Shown here piece after piece: positions 51,081 through 64,000 of a DNA stretch of 64,000 bases. The stretch lies in NCBI GenBank assembly GCA_013239625.1, contig MU054049.1, positions 1,129,015 to 1,193,014 of the forward strand. Reading direction: 5' to 3'. Each line of letters opens with the position of its first letter. Position 1 is the first letter of the stretch. Both the position numbers and the translations under genes were made by a program. Source of the DNA: Lama guanicoe. Lineage: Eukaryota. The notes beneath the pieces are model-generated. The model did no database searches and was not told where the DNA came from. It was given only the letters and a program-made list of their open reading frames with translations.

Positions 51081-51279
51081 TAGTACCTAGTGTTTACTTA
51101 GCACACCAACAACTGTGTGCAGAAAGTACTCTTTTTATCACCCTGATTTCACACATGCAGAAACCAAGGCAAAGAAATGGCAAGCTTGAGGTCAATAGCT
51201 AGCAAGCAGCAGCGCTGGGGCTACCGCTGGCCTCTAACCACACCGCTCAGCTCCACGGAAGCAGTGACTGTTAAACTTC

Positions 51280-51460
51280 ATCACCCAGTGCCGTGCAGGG
51301 AAACTGTCGAGCAACTGGTACCCCAAGAAGAAAACTCTCATTTGTAGCCTTTGCTGATTTACATGTGTAAATCCTCCCATGATGACTGATTTCAAGATGC
51401 CAAAGGGATTTGCTCTCTCTCTCTGGCAGACAGGAGTGGGCTGGAGCACGCTACTGCTGA
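51280..51460. mobile_element. MER63-like hAT element
   Basis: atttgtagcctttgctgattt...gtgtaaatcctccca...gatttcaag. Confidence 0.55.
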
Positions 51461-51789
51461 TGACTTAGCTCCTAGGAAGATACCCGGCCCCAGTGCTACC
51501 TGGCACATAGAAGACATTCAATGCTCATTAAATGAATGAATGAATAAGACAAAAAATGAAAGAAAACCCATCTGGGACTCATTAAAAACTGTCCTGTGGC
51601 TATCCTTGGCCCCAGGAATGCAGGGAGGGGATGCTCTCAGAAGTCACGGGCAGAACCATGGGACTCGTTTCTGTCTCAGCCTGTCTAGGGTCCCCACGAG
51701 GACAGTCTACTGAGAAGTCGGCTACCTGGGCTCTGCCACTGGGGATCACATGAAATCTGCATATGGCTCTAAACTTAATAGTTTTAAAG

Positions 51790-51791
51790 AC

Positions 51792-51822
<31 letters not shown>

Positions 51823-51830
51823 TAGACAGA
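51790..51830. repeat. (GATA/GACA)n microsatellite
   Basis: seen directly. Confidence 0.9.
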
Positions 51831-52102
51831 TTGTTAACATCCTACACTGGGGAGAGTGTGAGGAAATGCTCACTCTCATCCTTTGCTGATGGAAGAATAA
51901 AATAAGAAAACACATTTGGAAGGTAATAGGGCAGACTCTATCAAATTGAAAATGCAGCTATAGGTTCATACCATAATCCCGTTTCTAAAAACCTCTCCTA
52001 AAGAAATACCAATAAGCAAAGTTATAAGTGAAAGGATATTCACTAGAACATTGATCCAAAGAGTGAAAAATTAGAGTCGGGGACTAATAAAGAAATAATG
52101 AT

Positions 52103-52245
52103 GGAGGAGGGTGTAGCTAGTGGTACAGTGCGTGCACGAGAGCCTGGGTTCAACCCTCAGTACCTCCACTAAATAAATAAATACATAAACCTAATTAACC
52201 CCCTTAAATCCCCCTCACAAAAACAAACAAAAAAGACTGAAAAAA
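52103..52245 (+). mobile_element. tRNA-derived SINE of camelid type, inserted in an old L1
   Basis: A-box-like gtagctagtggta, B-box gggttcaaccc, then cagtacctcc and aaataaataaat; A-rich tail; flanks aaataatgat/aaatgatgat. Confidence 0.8.
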
Positions 52246-52964
52246 AATGATGATACTGTAACACTTTGCAGTCATAAAAAGAATGGGGTAGATCCTTATG
52301 TACTAACGGAGAAACATGAGCCTGATCTATTGTCTGATATATTTGTTAATAATAAATCAATTTAACACGTGAACATATTGTTTAGGATTGTTTTCGGGGA
52401 ACTTGGCACACAGACGCAGATTTGGCATAATTCGTAGCCATGATCTACACTGACTGTGAATCGACTGTACATACACTTTGGGAATACATACATATACGTG
52501 GATATAAGTTTATATACAGAGTGAAAAATATTTCAAAGAATGTAAGCCCCCTGTTAGGAGGCCCAAGGAAGAATTTTACTTTCTATTTTAACAAATGGAG
52601 ATCCGCCAGCCTTATTCCTGTGCCCCACTTAGAATCACCATTACAGCTTTCATCATGAAAACCCATCCAGTGAAGCCAGGACAGAAAACACCTTGAGACC
52701 CAGTGGACTGGGACTTTACTGAGTGCTTCTGATGAAAGGCAGCAGAGCCCAGAGTCCAGTGGGGAAGGACAGAGAATGGGGGCCAAGTGCCTGGTCAGAC
52801 CCAGCTCTGCCACTTCCTGGTGGAGGAGTCTGTGCTGGTACCACCTGCCTCACTGGTGAGATGGATACATTACAATACTTAAGTCAAGGTCATCCCAATG
52901 TTCGAATTGGTAAGCCCTGGGATCCTGTCTGCATGGGGAAGTGCCATCCAAGTGAAGTGTGTGT

Positions 52965-53120
52965 ATCATCACAATCATCACCACCATCATCTCATCACCA
53001 CCACCATCAATATCACTACCACCTTTATCACCATCATCACCCCTGTCATCTCATCATCACCATCATCTCATCATCAACACCACCTTTATCACCATCACCA
53101 CCACTATCACCACCAGCATT
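52965..53120. repeat. (CAC/CAT)n low-complexity repeat
   Basis: seen directly; source of the poly-His ORFs. Confidence 0.92.
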
Positions 53121-53507
53121 ATGTCACAGATGTAATGTACAGGGCACAAACCAAACATTAAGACCAAGTATACAATAGCAGTAGGTATCCCAGCTCATTT
53201 GTTGAATTCACACGTAACATGGGCAATGGGCACATGTTGAATTCATGGTTTGTATTTTTCACCTTTCCCTGAACATTCTAATCATTAATTCCCAAGGCTG
53301 TGTCTTATTCCATCACACATGCTTGTTGGAATTTATAAATTCAGCTTTAGGAAGTTATAACAATAAACGAGAATCGAATCTGGCTTGGGAAACAAAAGCC
53401 CCTTAAATGTACCATTCATTTGTCATGAACTCAGAATTTCACATACAGATTTTCTTCCCCAGATTCTGGATGGCTAGCTTGATATTACAGACAGGTTTGC
53501 TGATGCT

Positions 53508-53772
53508 TTATCTCCCTTCCTTCCTTCCTTCCTTTTCTTCTTTCCTTCTTTCTCTCTCTCTCTTTCTCTCTTCTTCCTTCCTTCCTCCCTCCCTCCCTCC
53601 CTCTCTTTCTTTCTTTCTTTCTTTCTCTCTTTCCTTCCTTCCTTCCTTCCTTCCTTCCTTCTTTCTCTCTCTCTCTCTTTCTCTCTTCTTCCTTCCTTCC
53701 TCCCTCCCTTTCTTTCTTTCCCTTCTTTCCTTCTTTCTTTCTTTTTCTTTCTTTCTTGCTTTCCTTTCTTCC
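53508..53772. repeat. Polypyrimidine (TTCC/TTTC/TC)n tract
   Basis: about 265 nt almost purely C/T on the + strand. Confidence 0.96.
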
Positions 53773-55956
53773 CAAATGGCACTTCATTTCCAGCATTCTC
53801 TATTTCACATTGAAAAAGTCTTTTAATAACAACTCTAAAGTGCTCTGCATTCAAAACTGAAGTTTTAAATGAAATAGGCTTTCAGAAAAAAAAAATCCAC
53901 TGTGAGCACAAATGATACTGTTTCGGGAGATTACAAAACTAAAATAGTGGGAAAAGTTAAAAAAAAAAATTTCCCAGCAGTGCAATGATCCCAGCAACGA
54001 AGTGCCCAATAAAGGCAGCAAATCAGCTGAGCTGAGATGGAACACAAGCTACGGCTCTGCAGGGACATTCCCTGCAGACACACGGATCAGCCTGCCCTAG
54101 AGTGGGCCCGGGACCCGATGCAGCAGGTGGACACGTGCAACCAGGCGGGGTCACTCAGGGGGCTGGACCTAATGGACCTCTGGGCCTGCTTCCAGTCTCA
54201 CCTCTCTGATGCATGTTCCCCTTTGTCAGGAGGCTCCAAGGCTCATGCTCCTGTCCCCACGGCACCTTGTACACTGCCTGTCAGTGCCCAGTAGGTACTT
54301 GGAGGTTGGAGGAGAGGAAGATGGCAAAATCATCCAAATGAATCAGGGATGCAGGAAACAGGAGAAACAGCCCTGAGGTGGTCAATTCTGAAGTCACCTG
54401 CCTCCTGAAAGCACAAAGCCACACTCTCCTTCGAGGACAGGGTGAGGCAGGCTACCTCTGCATCACTTCTTGAGTCGGATTCCTGTTGTCTCCCAAAACG
54501 AAGTTCCTAATGAATCCTCAAGGTGCTACCAGTCTTAAAAGACTCCTGAAAGTAACATTTTCGCTTGGCCCATTTCTAATAAAATCAGTGCCGCAACCAA
54601 CCTCCAGCAGCCTCTGATGCAGCTGAGAAGCGTCCAGCCTGCTTGCTGTGGGTGGACAGCGGGAGGCAGCAAAGGGACCGACCTTGGCAGTAACCTTGTG
54701 GCCTGCAGGGTAATGACAGCCCTGGGTCAGAGCTAACAGTCCCTAATATGGGATGTTCCCAGTGCCACTTCTGGGAGCTCTGCTCTCGCCTCCTGGATGA
54801 TCACAGCCGCCCGCTCTCCCCAGACTGAAGGAAACCCATGAAAGGAAATAACTTCTGTTTTACCCACGCTCATCCCATGCGAAGCCTTGGCGTCTATCCT
54901 TCCCTCCAGTCGACACGCATAACTCCCTGTGACAGTAACAGGATCTGCATGTGCACCAAGGGGAGCATAGAATTTTTATCTCCGCAAAAATGGCACTAGC
55001 ATGGTACGAGCAAACTTTTTGTTTTTTTCCCAAGGCTTTTACTTGGGGCAATATATTGTACATGTGGTTGCAGGGTTTTTTCCTTCTTTTTAATTTTAAA
55101 TTGAGATTATGAACATATTTTATGCAGGTTAATATATCCTTTCCATGTAAAATTTAACTGAAACCAGTGCTAGCACATTTAACGTCAACAAGAGAAATTC
55201 TCCAGCTTATTATAAGCATCTTTCAAGAAACCTGAAATGCAGGTCCTCTGGAAATAATTTTGCTGGGATTTGGGTTATTATTAAAATCCTCTCAGAGTTC
55301 CATCACTGGTGTCTAATGTGCCTCAAAGCCCTTTCCTGCCACTGATCAGAGAAAAACTCTTTTCAGTCTTGGAAGTACATTCTTGAGAGTGAAAACTGAG
55401 CCAGGAGAAGGGGCTTCTTTCCTGATGCCAGGCAGACACTGAACGGGACAGGGCAGCTCAGTCCGGAGCTGACCACTGGGTGGAAGGCGCATTCCTAAGA
55501 CAGATGTCCTTCAACCTTGTCCCTCTGTCTGCCCTGAGGGCTCTGATCTTTCAGATTCCATGAGAAGAGACAGGTTCATGGTAGACTTTAAACTCAAGAG
55601 AATCCCAAGCAAGCAGGTCTTGGTCACACATTCTCTGTATGTAGAAATTCTCCACCTGTGACCATGAGGAACCTAGGAGATGACGGGGCGGGGCTGGACC
55701 CGCTGAGATGGGGATGAGCCATTCAGGAAAGGTTTTCCGGAATGAGGGAGAGTCACACTATCCCTTAGAAGCGGATTCTCCTGTTTAATTCTCTCTTAGT
55801 TGATAAATAAGAAAACCTACCATTCTCCCAAGTGGGCTGAACTGTCTTACTAAAATGTTTAAGTACAGTGCTGTCTGGCAGTGGCCAGTGATGACTCTGT
55901 CCTGTTAGCAATGACCCAACCAGAGCTGGCTACTGAGCTTGATGAATTATTCAGAG

Positions 55957-56130
55957 CTGCAGTTCTCAAACTTTAACGTTCATCAGATGCATCTGGGATC
56001 TTGTTGAACTGCAGATTCTAATTCAGTAGGTCTAGGGGGTGGGGCCTGAGCTTCCACTTTTCCAACAAAGCTCCCAGGCGATGCCCAGGCTGCTGGCCCA
56101 TGGACCTCACATTGAGCAGCGAGGACTTAG
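55957..56130. mobile_element. MER5A-like element
   Basis: gcagttctcaaacttt...gcagattctaattcagtaggtct...ctcccaggcgatgc...cacattgagcagc. Confidence 0.85.
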
Positions 56131-56239
56131 AGCTCCAATCTCAGATCTCTGCCTTCAATTGTTGATTCACGCCACACAGTCTGTAGATTTCAGGTCCCTA
56201 CTGGGGACACAGTGATGTGCAGGTTGTTGATACGTTAAA

Positions 56240-58170
56240 AACTATTGCTAATCAAAATGTAAAACCTCTGGGCATCAAAAGACATAGTCAACAGAGTGCA
56301 AAGGCAACCTACAGAATGGGTGAGAACATCTGCAAATCATATATCTGAAAGATGTAAATATCCAGAATTATATAAAGACCTTCTACAAGCTCAACAAAAA
56401 CAAACAATCTGATTTAACAATGGAGGAAAGACTTGAATAGACATGTCTCTCAAAAAGATATACAAATAGCCAAAAGGAATAGAAGATGCTCAACATCACT
56501 AATCATTATGGAAATGCAAATCAAAACCACAATGACACATTATCTCACACCTATTAGGATGGCTACTATCAAGAAAAAAAAAACAGAAAATAACAAGTGC
56601 TGACAAGGATGTAGAGAAACTGGAACCTTTGTGCACTATTTGATGGGAATGTAAAATGGTGCAGCCACTCTGGAAAAGAGTAGAGCCGTTTCTCAAAAAA
56701 TTAAAAATAATGCTCAATATCACTAATTATCAGAGAAATGCAAACTACAATGAGGTATCATTGAAACGCAATGAGGTACCAGAGAAGCGCAAATCAAAAC
56801 TACAATGAGGTGTCACCTTAGATCAGTCAGAATGGCCATCATTCAAAAATCCACAAATGGTAAATGCTGGAGAGGGTGTGGAGAAAAGGGAATCCTCCTA
56901 CACCGTTGGTGGGAATGTAATTTGGTGCAGTCATTATGGAGAACAGTAAGGAGAGTTCTAAAAGACTAAAACTAGACTTACCATATGATCCATCAGTCCC
57001 ACTCCTGGACATATATCTGGAGGGAACTCTAATTTGAAAAGATACATATACCCCAGTGTTCACAGCAGCACTATTTACAATAGCCAAGACATGGAAACAA
57101 CCTAAATGTCTATCGACAGATGACTGGGTAAAAACGTTGTGGTATATATACACAGTGGAATACTACTCAGTCATAAAAAAGAATAAAATAATGCCATTTG
57201 TAGCAACATGGGTGGACCTGGAGACTGTCATTCTAAGTGAAGTAAGCCAGAAAGAGCCAAATATCATATGAGATCACTTATACATGGAATCCCTCCCCCC
57301 CAAAAAAGACAAATGAACTTTACAAAACAGAAACAGACTCATAGACATAGGAAACAAACTTATGGTTACTGGTGAGGGAAAAGGGTGGGAAGGGATAAAT
57401 TGGGACTTTGAGATCTGCAGATACTAACTACTGTATATAAAACAGAGAAAGAACAAGTCCTAATGTAAATCACAGGGAATTATATCCAACATCTTGTAGT
57501 AACCTATAATGAAAAAGAATATGAAAACAAATATACGTATGTACATGTATGACTGAAACATTATGCTGTACACCAGAAGTTGACACAACATTGTAACTGA
57601 CTATATTGCAATTTTAAAAAATTAAAAATAGAACTACCATGTGATCCAGGGATTCCACTCATAGCTATAAATCCAAACAGAACTCAAAAAGACACATACA
57701 TCCATGTTCACAGCAGCATTATTGACAATAGCTAACAGGAGGAAGCAGCCCAAGTGTCCACCGACAGATGAATGGATAAACCAAGTGTGGTATACGTAAA
57801 CTGAAACATTATTCAGCCCTAAAAAGGAAGGAAATTCTGACCCATGTTGCAACGTGGATGGTCTATGACCACGTTATGCTCAGTGAAATAAGCCAGCCAC
57901 AAAAATATAAATACCATTCTAGGTACCGCCCACCCATAGGAGGTACCTAGAATGGTCAAATTTATAAAGACAAAGCAGAAGGGTGTTTTTCAGGGGCTGG
58001 GGGAAGGGAGAGTGGGGAGTTGTTATTTCATCAGTACAGATTTTCACAGGATGAAAAGATCCCTGAAGATTTTCCAGCAAGGTGAGTGTACCCAACACCG
58101 CTGAACTGTATGCTTAAAAATTGTTAAGATGGTACATTTCATGTTATGTGTATTTTAGCACAGTTAAGAA
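56240..58170 (+). mobile_element. Older L1 (L1MA/MB-type) ORF2 end and 3'UTR, split by a younger L1
   Basis: aaggcaacctacagaatgg...aaatgcaaatcaaaaccacaatg; resumes at gaactaccatgtgatccag (57631). Confidence 0.88.
56710..57615 (+). mobile_element. Younger L1 nested in an older L1, with 15-bp TSD
   Basis: aaaaaattaaaaata at 56695-56709 and 57616-57630; 3'UTR of the same family as the 38-43 kb copies. Confidence 0.9.
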
Positions 58171-58199
58171 CCATGCAGTTCTAGTGCAGGAGGAAGTCA

Positions 58200-59250
58200 A
58201 GACAGGCAGGTAAACGTGACTTCCAGGTGAGAGTGGGAAATGCTAAGACACAGGTGAGGCCAGGGATCATCGGAGAGGCCCTGAAGTCAGATGGATGGGG
58301 AGGCGGTGGGTCTGTGGGCCAGCTGCACTGATGAGGAAGAGGAAAGGGACAAGCCCAGGCATCCTGAGAAGTGACAGACAGGCTCCGCTCACCAGCGGAT
58401 CTGCAGGTGAGGGAGGAGAAGGCACCTAGATTCCGGATGGCAGGGACCTCCCCAGTGGAGCAGGAACCTGGGGAAGGTAATGAGTTCGGAGTGTGCCGTG
58501 GTAAATCCATGGTGCACATGGGGCCCCCAGGGGAGTGTATTATAAGCAGTCCCAGTCTGGAACCGACTTGAAGACCCAGGTTAGGGAACAAATGCCTGCT
58601 GCACCTGTGAGAGTGTTGACTCTCCTAGGCAATATCTTCAAGGTGAAGAGGACCCCAGAGACGCCATCACTCTAGAGAGGCGAAGGAGGGGAAGCCAGCC
58701 TAATCGTCTGGGGAGGGGTAACGGCCAGGAGGGAAAGCAGTCGGCTAGGGTGATGACAGGGGACCCACATTCACCTCCAGGGACAAGGGCATCGGTACAT
58801 CTGGGGGTCAGTGATAAAGTGTCATGAGTTGGCAATGGGTGGTCACTGACATGCAGAGGCATAACTCTGATGCTTGGCAGAAGACAGATTTGTGGAGAAG
58901 TGGGGCTGACGGGGCCCCAGAAAGAAGGCGGTGAGTGAGCCGCATCTTGGAGATGAGCGGGAGCTCTGTGGGAGGATGAGCAGGGAGGCAGGTGCAGGGC
59001 AGAGCCCGTGGGGCCAACGGTAAGAGGACCTGGACCACAGGGGTCCGGAGGTGGAGCAGGAGACAGATGATGACGGCCCGCTCCCCGCAGGAAGCCGTGC
59101 TTCATTCTGGAGGTGATGGGGGAGCCACTGGAGTATTTTAAGCAGGGAAATGACATGCTTGGAATTGTGTTTTAGCAAAATCCCCAGGCAGCAATGTGAG
59201 GGAGGGATCAGAGGGAAAGAGACAGGATACAAGAGACTCACTGGGAAACG
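58200..59250 (+). mobile_element. L2 fragments
   Basis: gatgggggagccactggagtattttaagcagggaaatgacatg...tgtgttttag is typical of L2; rest more degenerate. Confidence 0.6.
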
Positions 59251-62200
59251 TGGTAATTAAGCCCCTGATGTTCCTGATTTTTCTGTGTCTTCAGTCTTTG
59301 ACTCACAAGAGATCATTTTCTCCTTAGAGAACGGGGGTGGCCTGATTTTTCCAGCCACCGAATGCTCCATACGAGTGACTTGACTACAGAGAGAGAGGAC
59401 TCAGGTTGAGGCACTGCGGGATCGTCCGTGCGGAGGTGTGACCCTGGGGCAGAAGGAACGTAGGAAAGTTTGCAGAGCCCACAGGACTGCGGCCTCTCCT
59501 CTGTTGGTTAGTTTGGGGATGCTGACTCCCCTCCCCAAGACCTCATGCTCCCTGTTGCAAATTCTTCTTTAAACACCAAGGTCTTGCCTCCATATCACAG
59601 AAGCTGTTTTCCTCCATTCGGGCTCTAAGTCAATAGATGACTTAATGCCATAGAAATAAATCAAATACACTTCTGGCTTACTCTGTTTCTTCTGAAATAA
59701 GGAAGCAATGACAGTTTTTCTTGGAAGTGTGTGAATTCTCTCATTGGGTTCAGGGAGCCCTTAATCACGGGGAGGAAATGGGGGTCCTCACAAGGCTTTG
59801 GAGGAGTCTTTGAGTCAGTGCCCATCCCCTGCCCTCAATTTGAAGGAAAACTACATATTTTGAGTTTTGTGAAGGTGCTTCCCCGCCCCCTAAGGATGAA
59901 GAACCACTGATATATTGAAGCAATGACTCGCTGTCAATGTTTAAGGTTGTTGGACCAACAGATCATGCTGTCAATCAGAGAGAGCCTCAGCGATACACAG
60001 GGCCCCAAGATCTGATGAGCCAACTTTGAGAGCAGCTTTTTGTGTTTGGCTTTTTTTTTTAAAACAGGGGAGAGCTGTTTTGATACCTTGATAATAAAGA
60101 GTCTGAAATGCCTTTCTCACTTCTTTTATCTTGAATTCTAATTTTTTTTAATCCTTCCAACCTCTGTTCGTCTCTGTTATATTTCTTGCAAAATGCCACG
60201 TTATCTTGGAAACAGAAGAAAAGGTTCCCGCTTGTTAATGCTCTGAGGATGAAAAACACAAGGACCCAGGCTTGTCAGTTCTGCCTGGAGTCTGGACGGT
60301 CTGCTGGGATTCTGCACGTGCAGCTGAGACGAGCGAGCCTGCAAAGCACCTAGCAGCAGGGCTGGCACACAGTAGGCGCTCAATAAATGGAGGGTCTGCT
60401 TTCTTGCCAGTGAGTCAGAGGAGGTGGCGGGCAGGTGGTTTTCTTGGGGTGAGTACATGTCAACCTTACTTTGGAAAGAGGGGCTGGGGGGCTGGGGGGC
60501 TCTGACCACTCCAAGAAGTCCTGTTTTACGGATTTTGAGGCAAAATGCAACAGTTACAGAATTAAACACCCAAACCCGTACCAGGCCCCAAAGAAAAGAT
60601 GTCTTCAAATTATTTTCTAAATTATCCACCAAGATCTGTGTGAGTCGACAAGTAGCTATTGACTTTAGTTTCAGCCGCCATCAAGACTCATTGATCTGAG
60701 AGATTAAATATTGACCAAATGAGACTGAGGTCAATGCCGATCTCCTGGGAAAATAGATCTTAATATTAACCAAAACCTGCCGACGCTAGGCCTGGCATTT
60801 TTAACTCCAAACTGCTAGTCAGACAGAAGTCCCTTCAAAGTCAGCTCTTTTCTTTCTGGTGTACCGTTATGGGGGCAAACGGGTCTCCAAATGGACTCGT
60901 TTCTGGAAAATCTGGTATAAAAAAAACCTTAAGTCTTTTCATACTTTAATGATCAAAGGACATTTGGTATTTAAGAACAGTTACGGGGGCTATTTCCTTA
61001 AAAGAAAGAAGCCTTTTTGAAATGCACATAACTGGCCCGACTCACTTTCTGTGACAATTAAGAATTTCCTATGTTGATTCTCCATCCAGAGAAGCAGGAA
61101 CAAAGAGCTCAAAAGAACACACACCCAAAAAGCAGCAAAAGCTTGTGATTAGGACCAGGTAGTTTTGAAAATGCGGCTGAATCCATTCTGTTCCTAAGTG
61201 GCCCCCAACTGCATAAAGCAGCATTCTGTACCCACTAGATGTACAACTGATTTTTGTTCAGTGGGTTAATGAAAGGTGGGGCCCGCCTAGCTGTGGACTA
61301 GGGCAAGCTGTCCATTCAAGGCGGATGGCACTGCCCTACCCCCCTGGGGGCAGCAGCACGGGAGACGCAATGCTCCCCGCTGTGGGCTGTCGGGACTCAC
61401 TCTTCTTAAACAGAGCGTGTGTGTGTCCTCACGTGCCAATGTGGAGATGGGAGGGACTTAGTGTGACAATTAAATATAATGACATGCAAAAAGTGCTTTT
61501 TCTTCTAAACCCCTGGGATATATAATTGGAACTTCAAAAGATCTGTTTCTGTTGTTACCAGGGGTGAGAGACTGGATTAGAAACATCAGGCCCTAAGAAA
61601 CTTGCACAGAATGTGAGGTGGGGGAAATTTACAAAGCATAATCATTCTTGAGTTTGTTGATAAAGATCAGGACTGAGAAGAAAAGATCTGGAAAAGATAC
61701 CCACATGCACACACAGAGATGCAGTGATACCCCCAGCTCGGGGAGACTGAGCTCAGACTCTCTATCTGGGGAGACTGACTCTCACCCACAGGATGCAGGA
61801 TGCTCCAAGGAAAGTCGAGAGTTTCAGCCTTTTTGTTCAACTGAGTTTCCCAAAGCCCACGGAATGACCAGAGCGCTACTAAAATCAGCAAAAATTCCGC
61901 TGCTGCAGTTGAAGACAAGACACAAGTGTAGTCGGTAGAGCAGGACGGATGAGGGATTTTTGATGATACGAACCAGACGGAATCACACTGTATGAAAAGC
62001 CCTTCGGGACCCACAGTTCACTGCAGGCAAAAGGAGGTTCTCTTTGGGAAAACAGAGGACTCATCCTCTCCAGGAGAATGGTGGGAAATCTGGGCACACA
62101 ATAGCCTTGGGGCAAGGCTGAGCCCTCAAGAGGGTGTCAGAACCACACACAGAGATCCAGGCTCCACTCTGAGGCAAGGTTTCAAATAAGCTGGTTAAAC

Positions 62201-62810
62201 TCTTACATTTGGATCCAGAAGGACACAGGTTCAAGTCCTGACTACAACCCACAAGCTGCATGACCGTGGGTAAGTCGTCCACCATCACCTTACTGACTCT
62301 GAGTCTCCCTGGGCCCAGCTATAAAAGCAGAATGACATAACTTGCTCCACAAAGCTGGTGTGCAAAATCACCAACACATCCCCGCCCTGCTCGACACTGC
62401 TCTGGTGGGGAGAACACAGCAGGGACCAGAGAAGACAACCTCCCTGCCTTCTCGGATCTTGCATTCTGATAGAAGAGAGACACAATTAGTAGGTAAATAT
62501 AAAAGTATGTCAAGGTGCCTCTTGACACCTTGGGAAGACCATCAGAGGGTGGGTGGTGCTTTACACAGGGTTTCAGGAAGGCTTCTCCTTGGGGGGATGT
62601 TGGAATAGAGACCCCAGGGCTGAGTGATAAGCCCCAGGCACACCCTGGGGAGGACGGTCCAGGCAGCCAGTGCAGACAGCAGACACAAAGGCCCGACCAG
62701 AACTTGCTTCAGGATCAGCAAGGAGGCCAGGATAGTCGGAAGGGAATGAGGAAGGGGGACAGTGATAAAAATGATGTCAAAGAGGCAAAAGGGGCTAGAC
62801 CACAACAGGG

Positions 62811-63110
62811 CTGGGCTGTCCAAGATGGTAGCCACTGGCCAAATGCGGCTATTAAGCACTGAAATGTGGTTCTGAAATGAGATGTGCAGTACGTGTAACA
62901 TACACACAGGATTTTGAAGACACAGTCCAACAATAAGCATGGAAAATACGTCATTAATAATTTTTATACCGGTTATACGGTTCAGTGCTAATATTCTGAT
63001 ATATTGGGCTAAATAAGCCATATAATTAAAATTGGTTTCTCCTGTCCCTTTTTACTTCTTTATCGTGACTCCTGGAAAATTTAAATGACACATAAGGCTT
63101 ACATGATATG
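62811..63110. mobile_element. MER3/MER33-like hAT-Charlie element within an L2 fragment
   Basis: ctgtccaagatggtagccactggccaaatgcggctattaagcact...atattgggctaaataa. Confidence 0.75.
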
Positions 63111-63584
63111 AGGCATCAGAGGCCATTGTAAGGAGTCTGGCGTTTATGTCGAGCAACGTGGGAAGTACACAGAAATGCACATCAAGTGCTTAGCATGTTT
63201 CCCAGAACAGAGTGGAGAACGTTTACGAAACTAGAATTCCATTCATAGACAAACTGCCCAAATATAAAGGGAAATATATTTGGCAGGAGGACACTAGATT
63301 CAAAAAAAGTTATCACGAAACGAATAAAAGTTAAGTTTAAATAATTGCTTAGCACGTAGTGATAAAGTTTAATGAAATTACCAAGTAATGGCTATTGAAA
63401 TATGAAACATAAAATTAAATAACAAAGAATGTGACAAAAGAAGAATGACAGCCAAAATTGGATCCATTCCTGAATTCCAAACGGATCAGAAAAAACAGAC
63501 CAAAAAAAAAAAAAAAAAGAGAGAGAAACCATATAAGAACCATGTAAGTATCTCATTTCAGCCGTCCTGCTTCTAAGCTCGTTT

Positions 63585-64000
63585 CCATGATGCCAATGAG
63601 ATTAAGTATTTTTCATGAACTTACTGGCTATTTGTATAGCTTCATTTGTGAAGCCCAGATTTAAGGCTTCTGCCTATCTTTTTGGAGAGTTGTCTTTCTC
63701 TTTTTTTTTTTTTAAGTTGATTTGTAGGTGTTCACAAATTCTAGGTCAGGGTCCTTTGTCAGATCTCTGCTTGACAGAGATGTTCTCCGGATGGGTGGTT
63801 TCCCTGTTTGTTTTTGAACAAGGATCTTGAAGCAGAACAGACATTCTAAATTTCAGTGGAGTCCAAAGTTTTCCATCTTTTCCCTCATGGCTGGTCCATC
63901 ATGTATCTTGTTTGAAAAATCTTTGCCCACTCGGACGAGGGGCAGATATGCTATTTTTAGGAAGCTTTATTTTTGCTTTTCCCACTAAGTGGATGGACTT
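63585..64000 (-). mobile_element. Old L1 ORF2 fragment, runs off the window end
   Basis: tttttcatgaacttactggctatttgtatagcttc...cctttgtcagat...aaatctttgcc. Confidence 0.8.

Larger units (their letters stand above)
37970..64000 (-). other. VSTM4: VSTM4 last intron (continues beyond the window)
   Basis: no upstream VSTM4 coding exon recognised; repeat-rich. Confidence 0.7.

Noticed and set aside
52103..52170. tRNA-like sequence
   Set aside because: Incomplete cloverleaf with A-rich tail and TSD; a SINE, not a tRNA gene
52723..53854. Poly-His and K/E/R-rich ORFs
   Set aside because: Translations of simple repeats
1..64000. A novel multi-gene system, prokaryotic-type element or intact retroelement ORF
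   Set aside because: All credible coding sequence is explained by WDFY4 and VSTM4; L1 and LTR copies are truncated; no foreign-looking segment seen

Overview
Mammalian genomic DNA, probably camelid (one tRNA-derived SINE and several young L1 3' ends resemble camel/alpaca families; this is from recall, not a search). The + strand carries the last nine coding exons of WDFY4 (end of the BEACH domain, then the WD40 repeats). All introns are GT-AG with consistent phases; the stop codon is at 16529-16531 and there is an ATTAAA at 16941. Convergent on the - strand is the terminal coding exon of VSTM4 (37844-37969), its long 3'UTR, and more than 26 kb of its last intron; I did not find the upstream exon in the window. 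The rest is L1/L2/MIR/MER/MaLR/ERV repeats, microsatellites and a few homeobox-motif-rich non-coding blocks. Nearly all listed ORFs are spurious. I found no convincing new multi-gene system. Best leads: an ITIM+ITSM tandem in the VSTM4 tail, an 18-nt repeat that copies a WDFY4 donor three times in frame, tandem in-frame acceptors 21 nt apart, a pre-miRNA-like intronic hairpin, three co-oriented CTCF motifs, a solo LTR with octamer/CCAAT/TATA motifs, and a candidate intronic poly(A) site. Repeat family names are by eye and their boundaries approximate.
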